Below the pieces are notes generated by a model that saw only the letters and a program-made list of their open reading frames with translations, was not told the origin of the DNA and ran no database searches. The translations under genes were made by a program, and so were the position numbers. DNA of 64,000 bases from Candidatus Limiplasma sp. (GTDB lineage: Bacteria; Bacillota; Clostridia; Christensenellales; Aristaeellaceae): the NCBI GenBank assembly GCA_963674895.2, contig CAXXCY010000001.1, positions 189,567 through 253,566 on the forward strand, in the 5' to 3' direction. Positions 34,479 through 43,222 of the stretch are shown here, in pieces; positions within the stretch are counted from its first letter, which is position 1, and each line of letters opens with the position of its first letter.

Positions 34479-35747
34479 TTAGTTCATCAGCTCGATGACT
34501 TCGTCGAAGGCCGCCTGGAGGTTGGCCAGGCAATCATCCATGGTCATGCTGCCGCCGGTCAGCGCGCTTTCCGCATAGGCGTTGAGTTCCGTGCGCCAGG
34601 CGGTGGTGAAGGCGGAGCTCAGGGGCATGGTGAAGTCGCCGTAGTGGGCGATATTGCCGCTGCTCTTGATTTCCGCAAGCGTTTTGACCATCGGAAGGAG
34701 TTTATCGGAGGTTACGCCCGTGAGAAGCGGCATCTGGCTCATCTCGGACCAGGCGACGCCTTCGGAGATCCAGTATTCCATGAAGCTCAAGGCAACGTCG
34801 CTGTTCTCGGCCTGCGGGTTGACCATAAACGCCTGGTCGACCTGCACGTTGAGCTTGGCGGAGCCTTCGTCGTCAATCGGCGCCACGAAGAAGCCGACCT
34901 CAAATCCGGGCTGCTTTTTCATCATATCGCCGATCGCCCAGGTGCCGTCGTACCGCATGGCAGCGCCGCCGGCTGCGAACACTTCCAGGCCCATGTCCTG
35001 CGTGTTGCTCAGGTCGTCGGTGCGGGGCGCGATCAGCCGGTACGTCCAGTTCTGCAGTGCTTCCATATAGAACGGATAATCCGCGAATTTGCCTTCACCG
35101 TTCATCAGCTTTTCAAACACGTCGTTGTCGCCGGCCGCCAGGGCGCGGGGCCACACGGTGTTGCGCATCTCGATATCGCCGTACACGGCGTCGCCGAAGC
35201 TGCGGACGTAGGGATCGATCCCGGCGTCTATCAGCGTTTGCTGCAGAGCGTTAAGCTCCGTCAGGGTGGTGGGTACTTCGAGGTTCAGGTCCGCAAAGAT
35301 CGTCTTGTTGTAGAAAATGCCCCAGGATTTAAAGTCGATCGGGAAGCCGTAAATTTTGCCGTCGGCGGATACGTCGCCCAGATCGCCGCTGGGAAGGTTC
35401 AGGCCCTTGATGGTCGCGTTATCGCTGAGATCCATGACGAAGCCCTCCGTCACCAGATCGGGGTACAGGCCCGGGTTGCCCATCATGATGTTGGGCTGGT
35501 CGCCCGAGGACAGCGCGGTGGACAGCTGCGGGAAATAGTCCGTGCCCTGATTGTAATAGATGTTGGTAAAGGTGACTTCGGGGTGCAGGGCGCTGTACGC
35601 CTCCTCGATCGCCACCAGGCCCGCCTGCTTGGTCGCCTGGGCCATATAGTGGAAAACGGTGATGTTCACCGTGCCTTCCGCGGCCGCAAAGCCGATGGAA
35701 GACAACGCGAGGACGAGTACGAGAAGAGTTGCAAAGATCCGTTTCAT
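34479..35747 (-). CDS. ABC transporter extracellular solute-binding protein (CUT1 family)
   Basis: 422 aa from MKRIFATLLVLVLALSSIGFAAA (signal peptide), with AAGGAGGAA RBS. Paralogous in layout to 9371-10630. Confidence 0.85.
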   Translation of the reverse strand: MKRIFATLLVLVLALSSIGFAAAEGTVNITVFHYMAQATKQAGLVAIEEAYSALHPEVTFTNIYYNQGTDYFPQLSTALSSGDQPNIMMGNPGLYPDLVTEGFVMDLSDNATIKGLNLPSGDLGDVSADGKIYGFPIDFKSWGIFYNKTIFADLNLEVPTTLTELNALQQTLIDAGIDPYVRSFGDAVYGDIEMRNTVWPRALAAGDNDVFEKLMNGEGKFADYPFYMEALQNWTYRLIAPRTDDLSNTQDMGLEVFAAGGAAMRYDGTWAIGDMMKKQPGFEVGFFVAPIDDEGSAKLNVQVDQAFMVNPQAENSDVALSFMEYWISEGVAWSEMSQMPLLTGVTSDKLLPMVKTLAEIKSSGNIAHYGDFTMPLSSAFTTAWRTELNAYAESALTGGSMTMDDCLANLQAAFDEVIELMN

Positions 35748-35944
35748 TCCTGAGTTCCTCCTTTTTCTGTATGCGTCTTGTACGCGCGGGCCGTACGGCA
35801 CCGCTTATTGATTTAATCAAAGTATACCGGGCGCGGCGCGAATATGATATATATCCGGTTATTCAATTCCTCATAGAGTTTATCCTTTTGGCGAAAATCG
35901 AACCATATTGTGCAGGTGCTGCCGCTTTCCCCCCGCAAGGTAAC

Positions 35945-35993
35945 AAAAAGCCCAAAGCCACGCAATCCAGTTTCAGATTGCGCGGCTTTGGGA
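35945..35993 (-). terminator. rho-independent terminator after the TIM-barrel operon
   Basis: 17-bp stem CCCAAAGCCACGCAATC / GATTGCGCGGCTTTGGG (1 mismatch), followed on the minus strand by CTTTTTGTT. It lies about 35 nt past the stop at 36028. Confidence 0.55.
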
Positions 35994-36027
35994 AAAGGCT
36001 TCAGGGCGTTTATTCCGGTTCGAGCGG

Positions 36028-37020
36028 TCAGCCGCGTTTCCCGAAGGCCGCCCTGCGCACGGCCGCGAGCGTTTTGGGCACGTCGCCCCCGGCGATCAGC
36101 GCGTCGATCGCCGCAATGCCCAGCGTATCGACGATCCGGCTGTAATCCCGCATACAGCGGATGCTCTCCTCCACGGCGTCGACCGCGTCCTCGCGGTACG
36201 GGAAGATGTCCACGGAGATATAGCCCTCGTACCCGTACTTCTTGAGCAGGTAAAACGTCTCCAGCGCCTCCATGAGCCGCACGGAGCCCACGATCATATC
36301 GTCGTCCCACACGCCGTAATTATCGTTGGTATGCAGGTTGTAAAGCGCGTTGTGCCGCATGGCCAGGATGAGCGAGGGCCCGAGTCCCTGCCCGCCTGCG
36401 ATCACGTGCCCCGTATCCACGGTGACGCCGAGGTTATCCCGCCCGCACTCCAGGCGCAAAAGCAGCGCCGTCTGCACGGTATCGATCAGCAGGCGGTTGC
36501 GTGGCTCGCGCGGCTTGGGTTCCAGCGCCACGGGCAGCTCCCCGGCGTGGTCGCACACCTCCTTCAGGCTGTCCGCGAGGGTTGCCCACTGCGCGCGGTA
36601 ATCCGTCTGGAACGCGTAATCAAATCCGTCCTGCCCGAGCCACAGGCTCACGCCCAGGGCGTGCAATTTCCGCGCGTAATCGACTGTCGCCTTGCAGCGC
36701 TGCACCGCTTCGCGGCGGACGTCCGCGTCCGGCGCGGAAAGCGAGCCGAAGCGCCACTTGGATTCGCCGTACGTCCAGGTGTTGACGAAGGTCACGCGCA
36801 TTTGGCCGGCTTCGATCGCCCCGAGCAGTTCGTCCGTATACGGACCCGTTTCGCTGCCGCGGTAGTGGATCTCCACGCCCGAGGCAACCCCGCGCGCGGA
36901 CACGGCCCGCACGACCTCGGGCACGGTCAGCGTTTGCTCCTTATACCCCGCGCGCAGGAAGCGGTCGCCGCTCTGGCACAGGGCGCCCGCGATAAAGGCA
37001 AACTTGTCAGGCTTCATCAT
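36028..37020 (-). CDS. xylose-isomerase-fold TIM-barrel protein (sugar isomerase/epimerase family)
   Basis: 330 aa. LEPKPREP, VDTGH and HTNDN...DDD metal-site-like blocks resemble the xylose isomerase family. 14-nt overlap with the upstream gene. Confidence 0.75.
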   Translation of the reverse strand: MMKPDKFAFIAGALCQSGDRFLRAGYKEQTLTVPEVVRAVSARGVASGVEIHYRGSETGPYTDELLGAIEAGQMRVTFVNTWTYGESKWRFGSLSAPDADVRREAVQRCKATVDYARKLHALGVSLWLGQDGFDYAFQTDYRAQWATLADSLKEVCDHAGELPVALEPKPREPRNRLLIDTVQTALLLRLECGRDNLGVTVDTGHVIAGGQGLGPSLILAMRHNALYNLHTNDNYGVWDDDMIVGSVRLMEALETFYLLKKYGYEGYISVDIFPYREDAVDAVEESIRCMRDYSRIVDTLGIAAIDALIAGGDVPKTLAAVRRAAFGKRG

Positions 37021-37882
37021 ACTCTTTCATCCTTTCACTCAGAAAGCGCGCCGCTTTATAGAGTTCCCCGTCCACATCCGCGGACAGCCGCCGCCAGATG
37101 TTCATCCGCCCCGCGATCCCGCCGTAGGGGCCGGGCAGGGCTTCCATTACGATCGGGCCGCCGTAGCCGATCCCGTGCAGCGCGGAAAAGACTTCGCGCC
37201 AATCGATATGCGCCTGCCCGGGCAGCGCGCGGTTGTTTTCGCAGGCGTGGAAATGGATCAAACGCTGTCCGGCCAGGCGGATGGCCGCGCCGATATCCGC
37301 CTCCTCGATGTTCATATGGAACGTATCCAGATGCACGCCCACCCGGGGGCTGCCGACGAGCTCAACCACCCGAAGCCCCTCCGCGCAGGTATTCACCAGC
37401 GGGGATTCAAAGCGGTTAACCACCTCGACCCCCAGGTTGACGCCCAAATCCCCGGCGGCTTTGGCAACCTCCCGAAGCGATATGGCAGCGCGCTCCGCCG
37501 CTTCCCCGCGCGTATGCTCCACGCCCTCGGGAAAATGCTTGCTCACGCCCGTCACCACGCCGCCTACCGCCGTGCCGCCCATGGTCCCGGCCATCGTAAG
37601 ATCGCCGATCAGCTGTTTGACACCCGCCGCGCGGAGCGCGGGAGAAGGGCTGCTGACGTCCGTTTCGGGCGTCAGCGCGGTCGCGAACGTCAGCCCCAGG
37701 CCCAGATCCCCGGCAAGGCTCGCGATCCCGCTGCGCTGAGCCGCGGACAGCGCCCGGAGCTTGGGCACGCTTCCTTCCAGAATAGAAAGCCCGGCCGCTT
37801 TCGCGCGCTCCAGGCAGTCCCGCCAATCCACGTCGTCCGAGGACGCGAGAAAGGCATAATATACGCCGAGCGGATTGTGCAT
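37007..37882 (-). CDS. sugar phosphate isomerase/epimerase (ketose 3-epimerase-like TIM barrel)
   Basis: 291 aa from MHNPLGVYYAF (GGAGGGGAGG RBS). VEVVNRFE, HLDTFHMNIEE, HFHACENNR and VMEAL blocks are typical of the D-tagatose/D-psicose 3-epimerase family. Confidence 0.8.
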   Translation of the reverse strand: MHNPLGVYYAFLASSDDVDWRDCLERAKAAGLSILEGSVPKLRALSAAQRSGIASLAGDLGLGLTFATALTPETDVSSPSPALRAAGVKQLIGDLTMAGTMGGTAVGGVVTGVSKHFPEGVEHTRGEAAERAAISLREVAKAAGDLGVNLGVEVVNRFESPLVNTCAEGLRVVELVGSPRVGVHLDTFHMNIEEADIGAAIRLAGQRLIHFHACENNRALPGQAHIDWREVFSALHGIGYGGPIVMEALPGPYGGIAGRMNIWRRLSADVDGELYKAARFLSERMKEYDEA

Positions 37883-38115
37883 GCGCCGCCGCCTCCCCTC
37901 CGCCGCATTTCGCGCGGCGGGATGTTTTGTTTGAAGCGTTTCCAGCCCCGCGTTCAAACCGTTTGCGAAAAAGACCGTTTTCCCGTTTGCAATTGTCCGA
38001 TCGCTTCAAGGGTATCGTATCATTCCCGCGTCTGCTCCGCTATCTCCCCGCATTATGATTTTATATATAAATCCATGATGAAGCGCGCGGAAAGCGGAAC
38101 ATCCGCCGCAAAAAA

Positions 38116-38139
38116 GCCCCGCCCCGTTGGGGGTGGGGC
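38116..38139 (-). terminator. rho-independent terminator after the rpiR-like gene
   Basis: GCCCCGCCCC-GTTG-GGGGTGGGGC. On the minus strand it is followed by a T6 run (A-run at 38110-38115). Confidence 0.5.
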
Positions 38140-38171
38140 GGCTGCAGCAGGAACCGCTGCGCGAATGCGCC

Positions 38172-39026
38172 TCAATACTTCAGCTTTTCCAGTGCCCGCT
38201 CGATATCCTGCTGGTACTCGCCGTGCCCTTCCCGCTGCCTGAGCGCGATGTTGGTGTAAATGGAATCGATCAGCGCGTACTGCGCGATGCGGGACGAAAG
38301 CGCCAGGATATGGTACTGCGCCTCCTGCGACGCGGTTTCCAGCCGGATATCCGCTATTTTCGAGAGCGGGGATTTGCCCACGCCGGTCATACTGATGACC
38401 CTGGCGCCGTTTTCGCGCGCCATTCTCGCCGCGTCCACCACATCGCGCGAGGAGCCGGAGTGGCTGATGCAGACGCACACGTCCCCCTGCCGGAGGGAAG
38501 TGCACACGATGCGCTGCAGATGGTTATCGTCGTAGGCCGTCACGTTCAGCCCCAGGCGGAGCAGCTTGTGCTGCATATCCCGTGCCACGGCGGACGAATT
38601 GCCCAGGCCGAACACCACAATCCGGCGCGCTTTTTCCAGCGCCTCCACGGCGTACTCGAGCTGCTGCCGGTTCACGATTTTCGCGGTATACTGCAGGGCC
38701 TGGATAGTCGTCTGGAATACCTTCGCCATCACGTCGCCGCAGCTGTCGGTTTCGGACACGGACTCGTGAATCAGTTCCAGAGGGGATACGATGTCCTGCG
38801 CGAGGGTCACCTTCAGCTCCTGGTAGCCGTGCATCCTGAGCCGCTTGCACAGCCGCACGACGGTCGCGTCGCTTACGCCGCAGTTGGCGGCCATATCGGT
38901 AATGCTCAGATAGATGACCTCGTTGGGGTGCGCCAGGATATAGTCGGCCACCTTGCGTTCGGTGCCGGACAGGTCCGGGCGAAGCGTATCGATTTTAATC
39001 AGCAAGGCGGAGTTCTGCTTCCCCAT
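38172..39026 (-). CDS. MurR/RpiR family transcriptional regulator (HTH_6 + SIS)
   Basis: 284 aa. N-terminal LSGTERKVADYIL...ITDMAANCGVSDATVVRLCKRL and a C-terminal SIS domain (VVFGLGNSSAVA, ISHSGSS). Confidence 0.85.
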   Translation of the reverse strand: MGKQNSALLIKIDTLRPDLSGTERKVADYILAHPNEVIYLSITDMAANCGVSDATVVRLCKRLRMHGYQELKVTLAQDIVSPLELIHESVSETDSCGDVMAKVFQTTIQALQYTAKIVNRQQLEYAVEALEKARRIVVFGLGNSSAVARDMQHKLLRLGLNVTAYDDNHLQRIVCTSLRQGDVCVCISHSGSSRDVVDAARMARENGARVISMTGVGKSPLSKIADIRLETASQEAQYHILALSSRIAQYALIDSIYTNIALRQREGHGEYQQDIERALEKLKY

Positions 39027-39291
39027 TGTCTTACCCCTTTTTCATCGCGCGGCGGGATTCTCACAAGACGCCGTACCGCCGCGGATTGGCGGCGCCGACG
39101 CTTCACAAACCATCCGTATTCGGCAAAACTCATGAACGGCGTCCGACATTACCGCTATCTATTCTTATACCCAATCCAAATCCGCCTGTCAAATCCAAGC
39201 GTCTGCGCCTTTGCCAATGCGGGGCATGCGCGGTGCGGCGCGAAGGCAACGTAGCCGCCCGGCTATGCGGCGATAACGGATCGGGCGTCCT

Positions 39292-40740
39292 TTATATCTC
39301 GTCCGCGTCCAGCAAAACAGCCCCCAGCACCGGCTTCCCCCATGCGCAAATCCGGGTTATTTCCTTCACCACATCCGAGCACTTTGACACATTCTGCTTT
39401 TCCACGATAACCACGAATTCCGACGCCGTGATCGCTTCAACAGCGGCGGCGTCCCGTATCGGGTCTCCGGCTGCGGCAAAGCGCACCCGCTCGTCCGCAA
39501 CGGCTCCGCTTAGCGCGTCGGCGAACTCCCGCAGCGCGTCCGCCCCGATGCTCCCCGCCAGCGCCACGCCGCCGTTCTCGGTTCCCTTTGCCAGCACCGC
39601 CGCACAAATACTCTGCGCGGTTGCCGCCAGAGCCGCGTCACGGTCCATTCCCTGCCGTTTGCCGCCGCAAATCCTGGCCACGGCTCTGAAAAACAGCTTT
39701 ATCCGTTTCGGTTTGGCCTGGGGAATAACACCGAGAATATTGACGATGGAAAGGGATTGAAGCTTGTCAATGTCCAGTATTATATCCGAGACTATATAGA
39801 ACAAAGCGATAAGCAGCAGCGCAGCGGCCAATCCAAGGATACCGGCAATAGCCACATTCTTGAGAAGCTTGACTACAACAGACCGCCGCGTGTATTCCCA
39901 TTGCGGTTCTCCTTGGTTTTGCAGCTTCTCCAATTCAGTGTTTTTCTGTTCCAAGAGATTGCTTATGACAACTACTTGTTCAAAGCTCTTCTGCTGCTGC
40001 TCAGCCAAGGCCGTATCTACAACCGTTGCGATCGTATCGTTGATTACAGACAGCGTATGCTCAATGATCGTATCCGATGCCGTAACATAGACTTCCTGCA
40101 TCCCGGCCCTGATAACGTTGAGCATTGCCTGTGCCGTATCTTTATCGTTGTCGATGATTGTAAGAGTTATCGTGCTCGTACGCTCGTCGGATGAAGCCTC
40201 CATGATTTCGCTGGCGTACTGCTCTTGTTTAATTTCGGGAAATTGTTCCATCAGTTGAGAATATGCGTTTCCATGGGTTAAATAGGCCATGTACATTTTA
40301 ATCAGGCGGCTTGAGTAATCGATGTCCTGATAGGTATTTTCCGGGATAATCCGATAGCCAGTGTCGATATAATATATGAGTTGGGCAACAGCTTTATGAT
40401 ATGGGTCGATCTTCATGCGCAAGGATTCCGTGTTATAGGTTGTTTGTTTGGCTAGATTGCCAGAAATCGTATCAATCTCCTTTTTGAGCGTTTCCACCTT
40501 GGTCGTATAGGCAGACAACTCGTTATTGTATTGATACCTGAGAGTATTCATGTATTCCGTATTGTTCCAATTTTCGATAAGCGGAAAAAGAATAAGCAAT
40601 AGTTCGGCGATTGCAAAAACCAGCGCCGCAACAAGGGCCAACATTCGTTTTTTAAGAATAAAGAGTCCCAGAAACCGTAGATTGATCTCTTTGCGTATGG
40701 GTTCTCCAAACGTGTTTTCGTTGTTGATACTCATGATCAA
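39292..40740 (-). CDS. polysaccharide co-polymerase (Wzz/chain-length-determinant-like) with a degenerate kinase-like C-terminal domain
   Basis: 482 aa. One TM (residues ~30-55), a long coiled-coil-rich extracytoplasmic region, a second TM (AIAGILGLAAALLLIALFYIV), then about 150 cytoplasmic residues. The tail has no Walker A and no Tyr cluster. Confidence 0.65.
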   Translation of the reverse strand: MIMSINNENTFGEPIRKEINLRFLGLFILKKRMLALVAALVFAIAELLLILFPLIENWNNTEYMNTLRYQYNNELSAYTTKVETLKKEIDTISGNLAKQTTYNTESLRMKIDPYHKAVAQLIYYIDTGYRIIPENTYQDIDYSSRLIKMYMAYLTHGNAYSQLMEQFPEIKQEQYASEIMEASSDERTSTITLTIIDNDKDTAQAMLNVIRAGMQEVYVTASDTIIEHTLSVINDTIATVVDTALAEQQQKSFEQVVVISNLLEQKNTELEKLQNQGEPQWEYTRRSVVVKLLKNVAIAGILGLAAALLLIALFYIVSDIILDIDKLQSLSIVNILGVIPQAKPKRIKLFFRAVARICGGKRQGMDRDAALAATAQSICAAVLAKGTENGGVALAGSIGADALREFADALSGAVADERVRFAAAGDPIRDAAAVEAITASEFVVIVEKQNVSKCSDVVKEITRICAWGKPVLGAVLLDADEI

Positions 40741-40922
40741 TACATTCCTTTCAACGTTCTGTCCCCGTCATTCCCAGCATTGTGAGAGGAGAATGAGTTG
40801 TCATGGGCGCCAAGCGAGTTCCGCGGTACTACTTCGTCAGCATGATCGCATGTTATCTTCACCCGCGTATTGCAGAATATGCGAAGCGGAGTTTACGAAT
40901 GCTTTTGATGTGATTCCAGGCT

Positions 40923-41489
40923 TCACATGAAACTTGCATACTCGGAAAACGACATCAAATGCGTATCTTTCTCGTTTATAATCAAATTCTCTTGTCCGCC
41001 GATCAAATGCATTGGCCATTCGATCCCGATGTCCGAATCGTCGTACAGTATTCCCGAATCCCCTTCTTTGTAAAACACTTCGTTGCATTTATAGCTAACA
41101 ATAGAATCCTCAATAACCAGATATCCGTGTCCGAAATACTCTGGAACGAGCAGCATATTGGTATTATCCCCCGTTAAGTGAAATCCTCTCCACTGGCCAT
41201 AGGTTGGCGAGGCCGGACGCAGATCTACGATAACATCATACACATGCCCGCTGATACAACGAACCAGCTTCGCCTGCTGTTTCATCAGCTGGAAGTGGAT
41301 AGCACGGATAACGCCGCGCTTTGAAATGGTATAAAAAACTTCTTTCAGATCGTAATCGATACCTTCCGCATGGAATACATCTACATTGTAATCTTTGAGC
41401 AAGCTGCCCCGCTCATCCGTCGCCAAAAAAGGCCGGATGAGATAAGCGCCTTCTAAATCGAGTTCTTCAAAGGTGAATTTTTGGATCAT
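40923..41489 (-). CDS. dTDP-4-dehydrorhamnose 3,5-epimerase family protein (second, divergent RmlC-like cupin)
   Basis: 188 aa from MIQKFTFEELDLEGAYLIRP (GGAGTG RBS). RAIHFQ, GHVYDVIVDLR, GHGYLV. The upstream part of the track ORF overlaps glf and was discarded. Confidence 0.7.
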   Translation of the reverse strand: MIQKFTFEELDLEGAYLIRPFLATDERGSLLKDYNVDVFHAEGIDYDLKEVFYTISKRGVIRAIHFQLMKQQAKLVRCISGHVYDVIVDLRPASPTYGQWRGFHLTGDNTNMLLVPEYFGHGYLVIEDSIVSYKCNEVFYKEGDSGILYDDSDIGIEWPMHLIGGQENLIINEKDTHLMSFSEYASFM

Positions 41490-41493
41490 TCTA

Positions 41494-42657
41494 TCACTCC
41501 ATCGTATCAAATACCGCAAGCGCTCTGAGAATCGCCTGATCCATATTATAATACTTGAAATCCGCCAGCCTGCCGCATAGGGTGAGACTCTGAAACTGTT
41601 GTGCAAACGCGCTATATTGCGCATACAGTTGCTGGCTTTGTTCCGTCAGCACCGGATAATACGGCTCTGCCCCCACTTTTTCTGATTTGTTATACGATAC
41701 GGGGTACTCATACGCGATGCTGGTCCATCCCTTCCCCTGCTGAAACGGCATTTTTGTGTATTCCGTGATTCTGGTAAACCCGATCTCCTGCGGATACACA
41801 ACAATCGCAGCGTTTTGAAAGTTCTCCGTTTCCAAAGATACAAACCGGAACCAGAGCGACCGGTATGGCAATATGCCAAACCGGTAATCAAACAACTCGT
41901 CTATCGCGCCAGTATAAATGATGTTGGCGATTTCCCCGTCATACAGAATGGTCCGGTTATCCGGTTCAACGCTGATATGTTCCAATGCGTCTTCGCCAAG
42001 GCGGACGGTAATATTGGGGTGATCCAGCAGGTTTGCAAAGAAACGCTCAAAGCCTTTCCTGGGCATTAATTCATACGTATCATCAAAAACGTTATCCTGA
42101 TATGACAGAACGATCGGCACACGCTTCAAAACCGCAGGATCTATTTCCGAAGGCTGTAGGTTCCACTGTTTCGCAGTATACGGCCTGTAATCCTTCTCAA
42201 ACAGAAATTCCGCAAAAGCCTTCACCAACGGTTCCGGATCGTTGAGCAGCTCCACAACCGTGACCCGTTCCCTATCGGCATAACGCATCAGCAGAAGCCG
42301 CTTCAGTTGCGCCGCGGTATCCGGCTCGTAAAACTGATCGATGGTGGAGAAATTGAAAGGGGCGGGCGTGGAGATCCCGTCGATCACAGCTTCGCATTTC
42401 GTCCTATACGGAACCGTATCACAGAATTTCCCAAAAAAAGCATAGGCCTTTTCATCGTTTGTATGGAAAACATGCGGCCCGTACTTTTGTACCTTGATTC
42501 CATGTTCGTCAGTATAATCATATGCATTGCCCGCAATGTGATTCCTGCGTTCCAGAAGCAATACTTTTTTTTGTTTCTCCTGCGCGAGTTTACGGGCCAG
42601 GATTGAACCGGACAAGCCTGCGCCTGCAATGATATAGTCAGCCTCTGCACCGCTCAT
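41494..42657 (-). CDS. glf: UDP-galactopyranose mutase
   Basis: About 387 aa from MSGAEADYIIAGAGLSGSILA (GxGxxG). NHIAGNAYD, YGPHVFHTN, GRLADFKYYNMD. 65 further in-frame upstream codons have no UGM counterpart and were excluded. Confidence 0.85.
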   Translation of the reverse strand: MSGAEADYIIAGAGLSGSILARKLAQEKQKKVLLLERRNHIAGNAYDYTDEHGIKVQKYGPHVFHTNDEKAYAFFGKFCDTVPYRTKCEAVIDGISTPAPFNFSTIDQFYEPDTAAQLKRLLLMRYADRERVTVVELLNDPEPLVKAFAEFLFEKDYRPYTAKQWNLQPSEIDPAVLKRVPIVLSYQDNVFDDTYELMPRKGFERFFANLLDHPNITVRLGEDALEHISVEPDNRTILYDGEIANIIYTGAIDELFDYRFGILPYRSLWFRFVSLETENFQNAAIVVYPQEIGFTRITEYTKMPFQQGKGWTSIAYEYPVSYNKSEKVGAEPYYPVLTEQSQQLYAQYSAFAQQFQSLTLCGRLADFKYYNMDQAILRALAVFDTME

Positions 42658-42943
42658 AAACGGCTCCATCGCCACTTGACCGTCCGTTTGATTTCCACCG
42701 GGAAGAGCGCTTGCCGTGTATTGCCAATGTGGTTCGTAAAGGCGGATGCTTCTTTCACTTCCGAAGAGAGAGATATACCTTGCGATGGACCCTTTCCAGA
42801 ATACAACTCGACGGACGGACCAAATATATCGCGGATCATCGTGATCATTTTGCATTTCCTTTGCTGGTTACTATCCGGATTTTGTCCTTGTTCCTTTTTC
42901 CCGAATAAAGCGCGTTTTGCAATACGAGTTCCAATCGCGTAAT

Positions 42944-42952
42944 ATTATATCA
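42944..42952 (-). promoter_or_regulatory. candidate extended -10 promoter element for the glf / rmlC-like / wzz-like sub-operon
   Basis: The minus strand reads TGaTATAAT inside a 565-bp AT-rich gap. The -35 is poor. This implies a leader of about 280 nt. Confidence 0.25.
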
Positions 42953-43222
42953 TACGCAACCGTCAAGAAACAGAACACCATCCTTATATTTAACATTTAC
43001 ATGCAATATACCCTTGCATCGGGATATCCGTCGTCTGCAAAAAGGCATAAGCATTTTATCCTGTTTTGTTGTGATAAAATTATCCGCACCCCAGCGTTGC
43101 CTGCAAAAAATGTCACGAAAAGATACGCTTTCCCCCGGGCAATCCGTGTTCCGTTGCTTTCGTACTTACCTTAAGCACAGAAGCCCTGATCCGGCATACT
43201 TCTTCCAAAAATAAACGAGCCT

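Noticed and set aside
37931-37944. cre-like (CcpA) site TGGAAACGCTTCAA on the minus strand upstream of the TIM-barrel operon
   Set aside because: It has three mismatches to the constrained positions of the TGWAANCGNTNWCA consensus, which is too weak to call without a scoring matrix.
41494-42855. 65-codon in-frame N-terminal extension of glf (start at 42855)
   Set aside because: UDP-galactopyranose mutases start a few residues before the GxGxxG motif. The extension has no recognisable similarity. Its ATG has GGA only 2 nt upstream, whereas ATG 42657 has a spaced GGAG. It is kept as a noted alternative only.
42658-43222. Small AT-rich ORFs (42917-43174, 43014-43214, 42676-42942) in the 565-bp gap of the EPS locus
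   Set aside because: They lie on the strand opposite to the operon, have no RBS, and have low-complexity translations. The gap is better explained as a promoter/leader region.
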